This document shows, piece by piece, positions 8,260-17,994 of a stretch of DNA of 64,000 bases (position 1 is its first letter; each line of letters begins with the position of its first letter). The notes beneath the pieces are model-generated. The model saw nothing but the letters and a program-made list of their open reading frames with translations, ran no database searches and had not been told where the DNA came from. Origin of the DNA: Oscillospiraceae bacterium (GTDB lineage Bacteria; Bacillota; Clostridia; Oscillospirales; Ruminococcaceae). Location: assembly GCA_016295145.1 (NCBI GenBank), contig JAEDLR010000001.1, positions 15,753-79,752 of the forward strand, written 5' to 3'. A program made the position numbers and the translations under genes.

Positions 8260-10488
8260 ATGATGGACATACGAATTGCACTGGCGGGCAATCCCAATTG
8301 CGGAAAAACGACACTGTTTAATGCGCTGACGGGTTCGAACCAGTATGTGGGCAACTGGCCGGGTGTTACCGTGGAGAAAAAAGAGGGCAAACTCAAAAAG
8401 CAGGAGGGCGTGATTGTGACCGACCTGCCGGGTATCTACTCGCTTTCGCCCTATACGCCCGAGGAGATTGTTGCCCGCAGTTATTTGGTGGAGGAGCGGC
8501 CCGATGCGATTTTGAACATCGTGGACGGCACCAATCTGGAGCGCAATCTGTATCTTACCACGCAACTCATGGAGTTGGGGATTCCCGTGGTCATTGCCAT
8601 CAATATGATGGATGTGGTGCGCAGAAACGGCGATGAGATCGACATTGAAAAGCTTTCCAAAAGCATCGGCTGCAAGATCATTGAGATCTCCGCACTGAAG
8701 GGCGAGCATATTATGGAGGCGGCAGAAATCGCCATTGAAGCCGCAAAGGGCGGCACGACCGTACCGGGGCATATCTTTTCGGGCACGGTGGAACACGCAC
8801 TGGCGCATATCGAGGAAGCCGCGGTACATCATCTGCCGGAGGACAGACAGCGTTGGTATGCGGTAAAGCTGTTTGAGCGCGATGCCCGTGTGACGGAGAA
8901 ATTGCAACTGCCGGAAGCGACCCGAAAGCATATGGAATCGGATATTGCGGCGGTGGAGGCGGAACTGGACGATGATGCCGAAAGCATCATCACCAATGAG
9001 CGATACCTGTTCATTGACCGCCTGATGCAGCGTTGCTACAAGAAAAAGAACGCCGGTAAGCTTTCCATTTCCGACCGAATCGACCGCGTGGCGACAAACC
9101 GTTTCCTGGCACTGCCGATTTTTGCCCTGGTAATGTGGCTGGTCTATACGCTTTCCATTGGTACGGTGGGGGATTGGACAGTGGGCTTTATGAATGACGG
9201 CCTGTTTGGTTCCTTTGCCGACAATTACGGCGATACCTTTATGGCAAACTGGATCAGCATACCCGAATTGTTTGATCGGCTGCTGCTGAACGCTGCCGGA
9301 GAACCCGTGATCGCGCCATGGCTGTACAGCCTGATCCAGGAAGGAATTATTGGCGGCGTGGGCGCAGTGCTTGGCTTTGTGCCGCAGATGATGATCCTGT
9401 TTTTGCTGCTTTCTATGTTGGAGGACTGCGGCTATATGTCCCGTGTGGCGTTTATCATGGACAGGATCTTCCGCAAATTCGGTCTTTCCGGCAAGAGTTT
9501 TATTCCGCTGCTGGTGGCAACGGGCTGCGGCGTGCCTGGCATCATGGCAAGCCGTACCATTGAGCAGGAACGCGACCGCAGAATGACTGTTATGACCACG
9601 GCGTTCATTCCCTGCGGTGCCAAAATGCCCATTGTCGGCATGATTGCCGGTGCGCTGTTTGCCGATACCTGGCTGGGCGGTGCATGGGTGGCGACGGCAG
9701 CATACTTTGTGGGTATGGCGGCAGTGGTCATTTCGGGTCTGATCCTCAAGAAAACCAAGGCGTTTGCCGGTGATCCTGCCCCCTTTGTCATGGAGCTGCC
9801 TGCATATCATATGCCCGTGGCAAGCAATGTGCTGCGTGCCACATGGGAACGTGGCTGGGATTTCATCAAGCGCGCAGGTACTGTAATTCTGGTTGCAAGT
9901 GTTGCCATCTGGGTGCTCAACAGCTTTAGCTTTACGGGCGGTTTGCATTATATCGCCGAGGGGGAGAGCGACTCGATTCTGAATATCGTCGGCAGTGCGC
10001 TGGCATGGGTATTTAAGCCTCTGGGCTTTGGCACATGGCAGATGGCAGTTGCCACGGTGCTGGGTCTGATGGCAAAAGAGGAAGTCGTTGGCGTATTCGG
10101 TGCCTTGTCCTCTATGGCAAACAGCGGCATCGCGGATATCCTCGAAAGCGGTAGTTCGGAGCAGATGGCGTTCATCGGGCAGGAGTTTTTCAGCGGCAGT
10201 CGGCTTGCCGGCTTTTCGTTCATGGTATTTAATCTGCTGTGTGCGCCCTGCTTTGCTGCAATGGGTGCCATCCGGCGGGAAATGAACAGCCCCAAGTGGA
10301 CATGGGCGGCGCTGGGCTGGATGACGGGTTTTGCCTATGCGACCTCGCTGGTCATCTATCAACTGGGCAGATTCTTCACAGGCGGCGGATTCAGCTTCTG
10401 GACGGCGGCTGCATGGATTCTGCTTGCGGTACTGATTTACCTCGTTGTGCGCAAAAATCCCTATCAGGGCGGCAAGCTAAGAAAATAA
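8260..10488 (+). CDS. feoB: Ferrous iron transporter B (N-terminal GTPase plus polytopic membrane domain)
   Basis: G1 motif GNPNCGKTTLFNALTG, G-domain motifs, then a long hydrophobic permease region. SD AAGGAG lies upstream. Confidence 0.95.
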   Translation: MMDIRIALAGNPNCGKTTLFNALTGSNQYVGNWPGVTVEKKEGKLKKQEGVIVTDLPGIYSLSPYTPEEIVARSYLVEERPDAILNIVDGTNLERNLYLTTQLMELGIPVVIAINMMDVVRRNGDEIDIEKLSKSIGCKIIEISALKGEHIMEAAEIAIEAAKGGTTVPGHIFSGTVEHALAHIEEAAVHHLPEDRQRWYAVKLFERDARVTEKLQLPEATRKHMESDIAAVEAELDDDAESIITNERYLFIDRLMQRCYKKKNAGKLSISDRIDRVATNRFLALPIFALVMWLVYTLSIGTVGDWTVGFMNDGLFGSFADNYGDTFMANWISIPELFDRLLLNAAGEPVIAPWLYSLIQEGIIGGVGAVLGFVPQMMILFLLLSMLEDCGYMSRVAFIMDRIFRKFGLSGKSFIPLLVATGCGVPGIMASRTIEQERDRRMTVMTTAFIPCGAKMPIVGMIAGALFADTWLGGAWVATAAYFVGMAAVVISGLILKKTKAFAGDPAPFVMELPAYHMPVASNVLRATWERGWDFIKRAGTVILVASVAIWVLNSFSFTGGLHYIAEGESDSILNIVGSALAWVFKPLGFGTWQMAVATVLGLMAKEEVVGVFGALSSMANSGIADILESGSSEQMAFIGQEFFSGSRLAGFSFMVFNLLCAPCFAAMGAIRREMNSPKWTWAALGWMTGFAYATSLVIYQLGRFFTGGGFSFWTAAAWILLAVLIYLVVRKNPYQGGKLRK

Positions 10489-10501
10489 CGGAGGTGGCAC
10501 G

Positions 10502-10681
10502 ATGAACTGGCAATCGTGGCTTACACTGGCGATTCTGGCTGCAATACTGACGGCAATTATCGTCCGATGGATCTACAACAAACGAAACGGAAAATCTTCC
10601 TGCGGGTGCGGTGGCAACTGCGGAGCCTGTGGCATGGGCTGCCACAGACATCATGCAGAATCCGCTGCGGATAAGGAATGA
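10502..10681 (+). CDS. FeoB-associated Cys-rich small membrane protein (59 aa; below the ORF-track cutoff)
   Basis: My translation: MNWQSWLTLAILAAILTAIIVRWIYNKRNGKSSCGCGGNCGACGMGCHRHHAESAADKE. One TM helix plus a CxCxxxCxxCxxxC tail. ATG follows GGAGG and lies 13 nt after the feoB stop. Confidence 0.7.
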   Translation: MNWQSWLTLAILAAILTAIIVRWIYNKRNGKSSCGCGGNCGACGMGCHRHHAESAADKE

Positions 10682-10693
10682 TAGGATACAACC

Positions 10694-10735
10694 AAAGCGC
10701 TCAGCTTATGACATCAGCTGAGCGCTTTCTTTGTT
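10694..10735 (+). terminator. Terminator of the feo operon
   Basis: AAAGCGCTCAGCT (10694-10706) pairs with AGCTGAGCGCTTT (10716-10728), followed by CTTTGTT. Confidence 0.7.
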
Positions 10736-10767
10736 ATGTCCACGCAGTGTCGGCTGCGGCCAAGGGT

Positions 10768-10807
10768 CAGACATACAACAGACCGCCCCGAAAGATTCGG
10801 AGCAGTC
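10768..10807 (-). terminator. Probable terminator of ftsH
   Basis: On the minus strand, GACTGCTCCGAA-TCT-TTCGGGGCGGTC forms a 12-bp stem with two G-U pairs, followed by TGTTGTATGT. Confidence 0.5.
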
Positions 10808-10826
10808 TCTTGCATTGCATTTCTGA

Positions 10827-12767
10827 TTACTCGGCAGTCGGCTCTGCTTCGGGGATATCATTTGCAGATGCATCCTCGGTGGGCTGTGCAGGTGCAGGGT
10901 TCTCCTTTGCCTTCCGGGAAGCAACCGTCAGTTCGCCTTTCATGATCTGCGTGAATTCGTCCTCGTTTGCCTTTTCGTATTCAATCAGGTATTCGGCAAG
11001 TGCATCCAACTGGTCACGGTGTGCCTTCAGGATATCTTTTGCCTGGGCGTAGCCGTTTTCTACCAGTTTGCGCACCTCGGCATCAATGCGTGCCGCCACA
11101 TCTTCGGAGTAATCGCGCACATGACCGTAATCTCTGCCAATGAACACCTCGTTGTTATCGGAGCCATATACCACAAGGCCCAGTTCATCGGAAAAGCCCC
11201 ATTTGGTGACCATATTTTTGGCAATCTGGGTTGCGCGCTCCATATCGTTGGAAGCGCCCGTACAGACATCATCCAACACCAGGGCCTCTGCTGCACGGCC
11301 GCCCAGCAGCATCACAATGCTTTCAGCGAGCTTGCGGCGCGTCATGTGATCGTCCTCTGCATCGGGGCGCGTCCATGTCATACCCGCCGCCATACCGCGC
11401 GGAATCACGCTGACCTGCTGCACGGTATCCTGCGTTTCCAGATGATATGCCGTTACGGCATGACCTGCCTCGTGGTAGGCAGTGATCTTCTTATCACGCA
11501 TGGTAATTTTATGCGATTTCTTCTCCGGGCCTGCAATGACCTTCATAGTGGCTTCCTCAATATCCGCGTGGGTGATCGCCTTGCGGTTCGCTCTTGCGGC
11601 GAGAATTGCAGCCTCATTCAGCAGATTCTCAAGATCTGCACCGGTAAAGCCTTGTGTATCTCTTGCGATTTCGCGCAGATCCACATCGGGGCCAATGGGC
11701 TTTTTGCCCTTGTGTACCTTGAGAATCTCCTCTCTGCCCTTGACATCGGGGTAGTTGACGGTGATCTGGCGATCAAAACGGCCGGGACGCAACAGTGCAG
11801 GGTCGAGAATATCGCGGCGGTTGGTGGCGGCAATCACAATGACGCTCTCGTTGCCGGTAAAGCCGTCCATTTCGACCAGTAACTGGTTGAGGGTCTGTTC
11901 GCGCTCATCGTGGCCGCCGCCAAGCCCCGAACCTCTGTGGCGTCCTACGGCGTCGATCTCATCAATGAATATGATAGAGGGCGCGTGCTTCTTTGCCTGT
12001 TCAAACAGATCGCGCACACGGCTTGCACCTACACCCACGAACATTTCCACAAAATCGGAGCCGGAAATGGGGAAGAACGGCACACCGGCTTCACCTGCAA
12101 CAGCTCTTGCCAGCAGCGTTTTACCCGTACCGGGGGGGCCAAGGAGCAGCACACCTTTGGGGATTCTTGCACCGATTTCATCGTACTTTTTGGGGTTCTT
12201 TAAGAAGTCCACGATTTCCGCCATCTCAGCTTTTTCCTCGTCGGCACCCGCCACATCGGCGAAGGTAGCCTTTTTGGCTTGCCCGGTCTGCGCCTTGATG
12301 GTTGCCTTGCCGAAGGAATTGATCTTGCCGCCGCCGTTTGCCTGACGGAACATGAATATGAACAGCGCGATGCCCAGTACCAGCATCAAAATGGTAGGCA
12401 GTACGGTCAGCAGCCAGGAATTATCTTTAATTTCAAAGTAATCCTGCTTCAGCGGTGCATCGGGGTAGCGCTCGTTGTACTCTGTGCGGTAGTTGAGGGT
12501 TTCGTCCACAAACAGTGCAACATAGGGTACATCGTAGGTATAGGTTTTGTCCTCGCCGCGTAGCTGGTACTTCAGCTCGCCGGTGCCGAGATCAAGCGTA
12601 TAGCCTATGACCTCGTAGTTGTCAAAATGGGAGATGACCTCCGAGTAAGTGGTTTTGTTCTTACTCTCGGAGAGGGCTGGCAGCACGAACATAATGGCAG
12701 CGATGAACAGAATCGCAATCACTACATAGGCGAGAATGCCACGGTTTTTTCCTTGCAATGGTTTCAC
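10827..12767 (-). CDS. ftsH: Canonical membrane-anchored ATP-dependent zinc metalloprotease FtsH
   Basis: Two N-terminal TM segments, Walker [12 protein letters not shown], Walker B IIFIDEID, pore loop FVG, HEAGH. The GTG at 12767 directly abuts the SD AAGGAG, so the TTG at 12758 (8-nt spacing) may be the true start. Confidence 0.95.
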   Translation of the reverse strand: MKPLQGKNRGILAYVVIAILFIAAIMFVLPALSESKNKTTYSEVISHFDNYEVIGYTLDLGTGELKYQLRGEDKTYTYDVPYVALFVDETLNYRTEYNERYPDAPLKQDYFEIKDNSWLLTVLPTILMLVLGIALFIFMFRQANGGGKINSFGKATIKAQTGQAKKATFADVAGADEEKAEMAEIVDFLKNPKKYDEIGARIPKGVLLLGPPGTGKTLLARAVAGEAGVPFFPISGSDFVEMFVGVGASRVRDLFEQAKKHAPSIIFIDEIDAVGRHRGSGLGGGHDEREQTLNQLLVEMDGFTGNESVIVIAATNRRDILDPALLRPGRFDRQITVNYPDVKGREEILKVHKGKKPIGPDVDLREIARDTQGFTGADLENLLNEAAILAARANRKAITHADIEEATMKVIAGPEKKSHKITMRDKKITAYHEAGHAVTAYHLETQDTVQQVSVIPRGMAAGMTWTRPDAEDDHMTRRKLAESIVMLLGGRAAEALVLDDVCTGASNDMERATQIAKNMVTKWGFSDELGLVVYGSDNNEVFIGRDYGHVRDYSEDVAARIDAEVRKLVENGYAQAKDILKAHRDQLDALAEYLIEYEKANEDEFTQIMKGELTVASRKAKENPAPAQPTEDASANDIPEAEPTAE

Positions 12768-12770
12768 TCC

Positions 12771-14117
12771 TTACTGAATTTCTGTCGGGTTTGCAGCTGT
12801 GCATTGCAGCAACAGCAGCCGTTTGCTTGTAGTCCTGGGCGCAACGTCTGCTGCGACGCCGACGCCCTCGCAGAATATGCAGCCTGTATCATCATACAGT
12901 GCATAGATACTCTGCCGCAGGGGAAGGGGTACCTTTGCCTGCACAGTTTTGCGCAGTGCTTCCGACTGCTTGCGCCCCGGCAGTGTGATGCGGTCATCTC
13001 TTTGCCGCAGACGAAAGCATGGTTTACCAGTTATTTTATCATAATCGAGCGCATATTGGGTGAATGATTTGTGAATCTTCGGTGATAACGTAACATTTTC
13101 AAGGCTTGCAAAGCAGATACGCTCTGCAAATTGCCGGTTTTCGCCAAGGGTCAGGGGCAGCACATCGCATAAGGGCTTGGTATCGCGCATTACAAACAGC
13201 ATTCCCCGATGTACTTGCGCGTAAACATCACCGCTTACGGTGATTTTACCCATATTCTCTCGCACAAGCCTGTCAATGGCGCAAAGCAGTGTGTAAGAGG
13301 GGTCGATCCGGTAGCGCGCCAGCAGCATACGGTAGCAACGTATGCGCAAAGGTTTGGGCTGTTCTGCCATATACTGCAAACCGCCCCACTGTGTGTGAAA
13401 ACTCTGCGCAAAGACTTGTTTTGCCTGCCCCGTGAGATACGTTTCATCCTCGCGTAGGGTTTGCGCCGTATGCGTGAGATGAGTGACCAGTGCCGGCTGA
13501 TATTCGCGCAGCATGGGCAGGATGCGGTGCCGCAGATGGTTTCGCGTGGCGTCTTCGGTGAGATTGCTGCTGTCGGTGACGAAATCCTGCCCCTGCCTTT
13601 GCAAATATGCCAACAGCGCGGCTTTGGAAACGCCAAGCAGCGGACGAATAATCCTGCCGCGTTTTGGGGGAATCCCGCACAAACCGTTTAAGCCGCATCC
13701 GCGCAGCAGATAAAACAGCATCGTTTCCGCTTCGTCATCGGCGTGATGTGCCGTAGCAATCAAACCCGCGGGGGCAAGCTGCTGCAGTGCTTCATAGCGC
13801 AGGATGCGTGCGGCGGTTTCGGTGGAAAGCTTTTGCGCCGCTGCAAATGCAGGAACATCCACATAGCGGCAGCGAAACGGGATCTGCCGTTTTTGACACA
13901 ACGCCTCACAGAACGCTGCGTCACGGTCAGCTTCCTCACCGCGTATACCGTGGTGGATATGTACCGCCTGCAAATCGTAACCGAATTGCGGCTGCAGCTC
14001 CACCAGCAGAAGCAACAGCGCAACACTGTCTGCACCGCCGGAAAGTGCCACAGTCAGCTTGCCCTCATGGGGCAAAAGACCGCTTTGCACCACAGCCTCC
14101 GTCAGATGACTGCTCAT
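12771..14117 (-). CDS. tilS: tRNA(Ile)-lysidine synthetase
   Basis: PP-loop motif ALSGGADS near the N-terminus. Length and position upstream of ftsH are typical. The ATG overlaps the dnaB stop (ATGA). Confidence 0.9.
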   Translation of the reverse strand: MSSHLTEAVVQSGLLPHEGKLTVALSGGADSVALLLLLVELQPQFGYDLQAVHIHHGIRGEEADRDAAFCEALCQKRQIPFRCRYVDVPAFAAAQKLSTETAARILRYEALQQLAPAGLIATAHHADDEAETMLFYLLRGCGLNGLCGIPPKRGRIIRPLLGVSKAALLAYLQRQGQDFVTDSSNLTEDATRNHLRHRILPMLREYQPALVTHLTHTAQTLREDETYLTGQAKQVFAQSFHTQWGGLQYMAEQPKPLRIRCYRMLLARYRIDPSYTLLCAIDRLVRENMGKITVSGDVYAQVHRGMLFVMRDTKPLCDVLPLTLGENRQFAERICFASLENVTLSPKIHKSFTQYALDYDKITGKPCFRLRQRDDRITLPGRKQSEALRKTVQAKVPLPLRQSIYALYDDTGCIFCEGVGVAADVAPRTTSKRLLLLQCTAANPTEIQ

Positions 14118-15505
14118 GCCGGGGGCACGGCGTCATCCCGTGCGGGCGCAGAAAAGCGCGTGTACTGTGCATCCCAGATGAGATTGACCGTTGCGGTTTC
14201 GCCGTGACGGTTTTTCTGCACAATGCACTCGGTGATATTGGGCTTTTCGGTATCACGGTTGTAGTAGTAGTCGTTGTAAAGGAACATGACGATATCGGCG
14301 TCCTGCTCAATGGAGCCGGATTCACGCAGATCGGAGAGCATGGGACGCTTATCGGGTCGGCTTTCCACGCCACGGTTTAACTGGGAAAGCAGCAGTACGG
14401 GTACATTCAGCTCCTTTGCCATCAGTTTTAAGCCTCTGGTAATTTCGGAGATGACGAGTACACGGTTATCGCTTTTGGTGGGAGAATCCATCAACTGCAA
14501 GTAGTCAATGACCACCATGCCGAGATTTTTCACTCTGCGAAGCTGTGCCTTCATCTGCGAGACGGTAATGCCCGTCGCTTCCGAGAGCAGAATGTTCATG
14601 CCGGAAAGCATATCGGCACTTTCTGCGATTCTGCCCCATTCTTTTGGGTCAAGCCTGCCGGTGCGCAGCTTGTGGGAATCGACCAGTGCAGCGGTGGAAA
14701 GCATACGCGAGGCAAGCTGTTCCATGCTCATTTCCAGAGAATAAATGGCAACGGTCTTGCCGGAACTGCGGCTGACGTTTGTGGCAAGATTCAGTGCAAA
14801 GGAGGTTTTACCCATACCGGGTCGGGCAGCCAGCAGCACCAGATCGGAGTTGTTCATGCCGCCTGTGATGTGGTCCAGTTCGGGGTATCCGGTGCGTGCA
14901 CCCACAAACTGGTCACGGTCGGGTCCGGAAATATCCACCAGATGGCGATAGGTAGAAACCATCACATCGCCGATGGGCACCAGTCCGCGCACATCACGTC
15001 CCTGGCGGATATCGAAAATGCGCTGTTCGGCAGAATCCAGCAATGTTTGTGTTGATTCAACGCCCTCCGCGATTTGGTTCAGGATATCACGGGCAACGGC
15101 AGCCAGCATTCGTTCGCTGTGTTTTTCGGCAACGATTTTGGAGTAGCTGCGGATATTATCGGGTGAGGGAACCGTATCAGCCAGTGCGGTCAGATAGCGT
15201 TTGCCCTCGGCGGCATTTTCAAAGATGCCCAGCCGCAGTGCTTCATTGAGCACCACCACGGGGTCCATGTTTTCCGCCTGTGCGCCTGTGAACATCGAAA
15301 CCAGCAGACTGAACAGTTCACGGTGCTGCTGCAGCGAGAACGCGTCCGCCTTGATATATTCCAGTGCGGTGCTGATGGTTTCAGGGGAAAGCAGAATGGA
15401 GCCCAGTACCGATTGCTCCGCCTCAATATTGGCAGGATCGTTGCGCACGGTGCCTTCGGAAGCCAAACCGCCTGCGCCGTAGGAAGAACCGTCATGCTCA
15501 GGCAT
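14114..15505 (-). CDS. dnaB: Replicative DNA helicase
   Basis: N-terminal [12 protein letters not shown], Walker [14 protein letters not shown] and a RecA-like C-terminal domain. Follows rplI as in other Firmicutes. Confidence 0.95.
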   Translation of the reverse strand: MPEHDGSSYGAGGLASEGTVRNDPANIEAEQSVLGSILLSPETISTALEYIKADAFSLQQHRELFSLLVSMFTGAQAENMDPVVVLNEALRLGIFENAAEGKRYLTALADTVPSPDNIRSYSKIVAEKHSERMLAAVARDILNQIAEGVESTQTLLDSAEQRIFDIRQGRDVRGLVPIGDVMVSTYRHLVDISGPDRDQFVGARTGYPELDHITGGMNNSDLVLLAARPGMGKTSFALNLATNVSRSSGKTVAIYSLEMSMEQLASRMLSTAALVDSHKLRTGRLDPKEWGRIAESADMLSGMNILLSEATGITVSQMKAQLRRVKNLGMVVIDYLQLMDSPTKSDNRVLVISEITRGLKLMAKELNVPVLLLSQLNRGVESRPDKRPMLSDLRESGSIEQDADIVMFLYNDYYYNRDTEKPNITECIVQKNRHGETATVNLIWDAQYTRFSAPARDDAVPPA

Positions 15506-15950
15506 TATCAGCCACCACGGATACGGTAAATTCGGCAGTTACGCCGTTAAACAGCTTTGCTTCGGCAGCGTAGGTGCCTTCGTTTTTGATCTCTACGGCG
15601 GTGGCGATCTTGCGCTTATCCACAGCAAAGCCGAACTGTGCTTCCACCGCTTCAGAGATGCTTGCGGGGGTAACGGCACCAAACAGTTTGCCGCCCTGAC
15701 CTGCTCTTGCGTGTACGGTCACGGTTTGCCCTTTGAGTTTTGCCGCCTGTGCTTCGGCTTCTGCCTTTGCGACATCAATTTTGTGCTGTGCGGAATCCTT
15801 TCTGCCCTGCAATTCGGTCAGATTCTTGGGGGTTGCTTCCAACGCAAGCCCCTTGCCGATGAGAAAGTTTCTGGCATAGCCATCAGAAACATTCTTCACA
15901 TCACCTTTTTTGCCTGTACCTTTTACATCCTGCAATAAGATTACTTTCAT
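15498..15950 (-). CDS. rplI: 50S ribosomal protein L9
   Basis: [30 protein letters not shown] is the canonical L9 N-terminus. Confidence 0.95.
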   Translation of the reverse strand: MKVILLQDVKGTGKKGDVKNVSDGYARNFLIGKGLALEATPKNLTELQGRKDSAQHKIDVAKAEAEAQAAKLKGQTVTVHARAGQGGKLFGAVTPASISEAVEAQFGFAVDKRKIATAVEIKNEGTYAAEAKLFNGVTAEFTVSVVADNA

Positions 15951-15957
15951 AGTTTTC

Positions 15958-17955
15958 TCATCCTTTCGTTAATGCTTCGGTGTCTATGGTCTGCTCAGCG
16001 GAAGCCAGCGCATCCAGTACACCGATGAGCTTGATTCGTAATTCGGTCGGGGAGCAATCCTTGCACTGCACAGCAGCCATCGTCTGGTGGCCGCCGCCGC
16101 CAAGCTGCTCCATAATGACCTGTACATTCATTTTGCCCAGCGAGCGTGCTGAAATACAGCTTGCGCCGCGGTTGGGATAGATCACAAACGATGCGTCAAC
16201 ACCCTCGATGCCAAGCAGTTCATCCGCAGTTTGCGAGGCAATGATCTGGATATCGGGGCATTCTTCCCGTGCAACGGTAATGGCACTGTGGCGATGCAGT
16301 TCTGCATCTACCACCATGCGTGAACGCTGACGGTACGCACTCATGGTAGCGGCAAACAGTGCTTTGACCACAGTGGGGTCAGCACCGCATTCACGCAGCA
16401 GTGCCGCCGCTTCAAAGGTATGTACGCCCGTTTGCATGACGAAGTTTTTGGTATCCAGCATAATGCCTGCCAGCAGAGCTTCCGCGTACAGCACGGGAAG
16501 ATCCTTGTGCAGTTCCAGATATGCAAGCATCTCGGTGACCAGTTCTGCCGCCGAGGAAGCCTGAGGGTCATGCAGCAGCAGCGTCATATCGTCAATGCAG
16601 TTTGCCATCTTGCGGTGGTGGTCAATCACCACAATATGTTTTGCCTTTCGGTAGAGTTCTTTGCTCTCCAGTAATTCCTTGTTGACGGTATCCACGATCA
16701 CCAGAACGGTATGTTCATCGCAGAGGGCAAGTGCATCCTCAGGGGTGATGAGCAGACTCTCGCATTCCTTTTGCAGACGCATGACCAGCGGTGCGGCAAG
16801 GGTGGCCTCCACATGAATAGCGATATTGGCAGGAGTGCTCAGTTGCTGTGCAAGATATGCGATGCCCACAGCTGCGCCCACAGCGTCCAGATCGGTGAAG
16901 CGGTGGCCCATTATGAGTACGCGGTCGTTTTCCTCGATGATCTCCTGCAATGCCTTTGCCACATAGCGGTAGCGGGTTTTCGAACGATGCTCCACAGCCT
17001 TGGAAACGCCGCCGAAGAAATCAAAGCCTGAGCGTGTTTTCACCGCTGCCTGATCGCCGCCGCGGCCCATTGCCATATCCAGTGACTGCCGCGCAAAAAG
17101 ATCGTTTTCAGCAAAGCTTTCCCCGTTGCAGCCCACGCCAATGGACAGGGTGAGTGCTTTTTTGCCGCCCACCAGAATCTTTCTGGCGGCATCTAGAATG
17201 GGAAATTTCTTCTCCTGCAATGTGCGAAAATGTTGTGCCTCGATCATAACGATAAAGTGATCCTGCCCCAGCGGACAAGAAATGCCGCGGTAGCTGCTGA
17301 ATGTACTGTCAATCAGCAGTTCCAGATTGGCGGTCAGTGCGGCGCGTTCGCCTGCTTTCAATCCATTGATGAGATCATCATAGTTATCTGCCATAATATG
17401 CAGCACGCAGAGCCTGCTATTCTCAAACAGATTGCGGTATTCCTGCTCCACGCTGAAATCCTGAAAGCACAGCAGAATCAGTTTCTGCCCCTTGCACTGA
17501 TGCTCGTTATAGTAAACACGGTAGAAGCCGCTGTCGTTATGCATGGTACACGCGCCGCTTTCCAGCAGCTTGCGGAAATCCAGCGGTATGATATGCTGAA
17601 TGCTTCTGCCGTGGCAGTTCTCATCTTTTGCAATCAGCTTCGAGAAGCGGTCGTTATACCACAGCACCTCTCTGGCATCGCTCAGCACTGCCACGGGGAT
17701 GGGCAGTTCCTTTGGGGAGATCTGTGCTGCGTCGTTGAGAGCAGCGTCCATTTGCGAGATATATCCCCAGAAATTGCGGTGCAGCAGAATGCCCTCTAGG
17801 GCAACCCACAATGCGCCGACAGCCAACAGTGCCACCGCCGTATAGAACGGCACGCCCTGCGGCTTTTGCAAATAAACCATGCAAAGAATATATACCGCTG
17901 ACGCAATCAGAGTCAGCAGCGCACCAATCAGGCGCCATGTTGATTTTCTGCGCAT
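15958..17955 (-). CDS. gdpP: GdpP/YybT-type membrane DHH-DHHA1 phosphodiesterase (cyclic-di-AMP phosphodiesterase family)
   Basis: Two N-terminal TM helices, a PAS-like and degenerate GGDEF-like middle, a DHH motif (VVIDHH) and DHHA1 GGGGH. Conserved gdpP-rplI-dnaB order. Confidence 0.85.
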   Translation of the reverse strand: MRRKSTWRLIGALLTLIASAVYILCMVYLQKPQGVPFYTAVALLAVGALWVALEGILLHRNFWGYISQMDAALNDAAQISPKELPIPVAVLSDAREVLWYNDRFSKLIAKDENCHGRSIQHIIPLDFRKLLESGACTMHNDSGFYRVYYNEHQCKGQKLILLCFQDFSVEQEYRNLFENSRLCVLHIMADNYDDLINGLKAGERAALTANLELLIDSTFSSYRGISCPLGQDHFIVMIEAQHFRTLQEKKFPILDAARKILVGGKKALTLSIGVGCNGESFAENDLFARQSLDMAMGRGGDQAAVKTRSGFDFFGGVSKAVEHRSKTRYRYVAKALQEIIEENDRVLIMGHRFTDLDAVGAAVGIAYLAQQLSTPANIAIHVEATLAAPLVMRLQKECESLLITPEDALALCDEHTVLVIVDTVNKELLESKELYRKAKHIVVIDHHRKMANCIDDMTLLLHDPQASSAAELVTEMLAYLELHKDLPVLYAEALLAGIMLDTKNFVMQTGVHTFEAAALLRECGADPTVVKALFAATMSAYRQRSRMVVDAELHRHSAITVAREECPDIQIIASQTADELLGIEGVDASFVIYPNRGASCISARSLGKMNVQVIMEQLGGGGHQTMAAVQCKDCSPTELRIKLIGVLDALASAEQTIDTEALTKG

Positions 17956-17994
17956 TTTCTCACCGCTTTCTGTTCGTATTTGCTGTTTGGGGGC

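Noticed and set aside
8236-10362. 708-aa minus-strand ORF antisense to feoB. The same class includes 43533-45263, 57173-58990, 33894-35330, 24571-25980, 49194-50633, 53356-54918, 47780-49120, 60412-61659, 29285-30811, 18466-19737, 23321-24550, 41519-42571, 42462-43505, 35460-36512, 32448-33335, 26053-26886 and 21223-21969.
   Set aside because: Each lies entirely opposite a gene with unmistakable conserved motifs. Their translations are low-complexity and rich in Arg, His, Cys and Gln, with no recognisable motif and no SD site. Long stop-free antisense frames are a compositional by-product of the codon bias in this fairly GC-rich genome.
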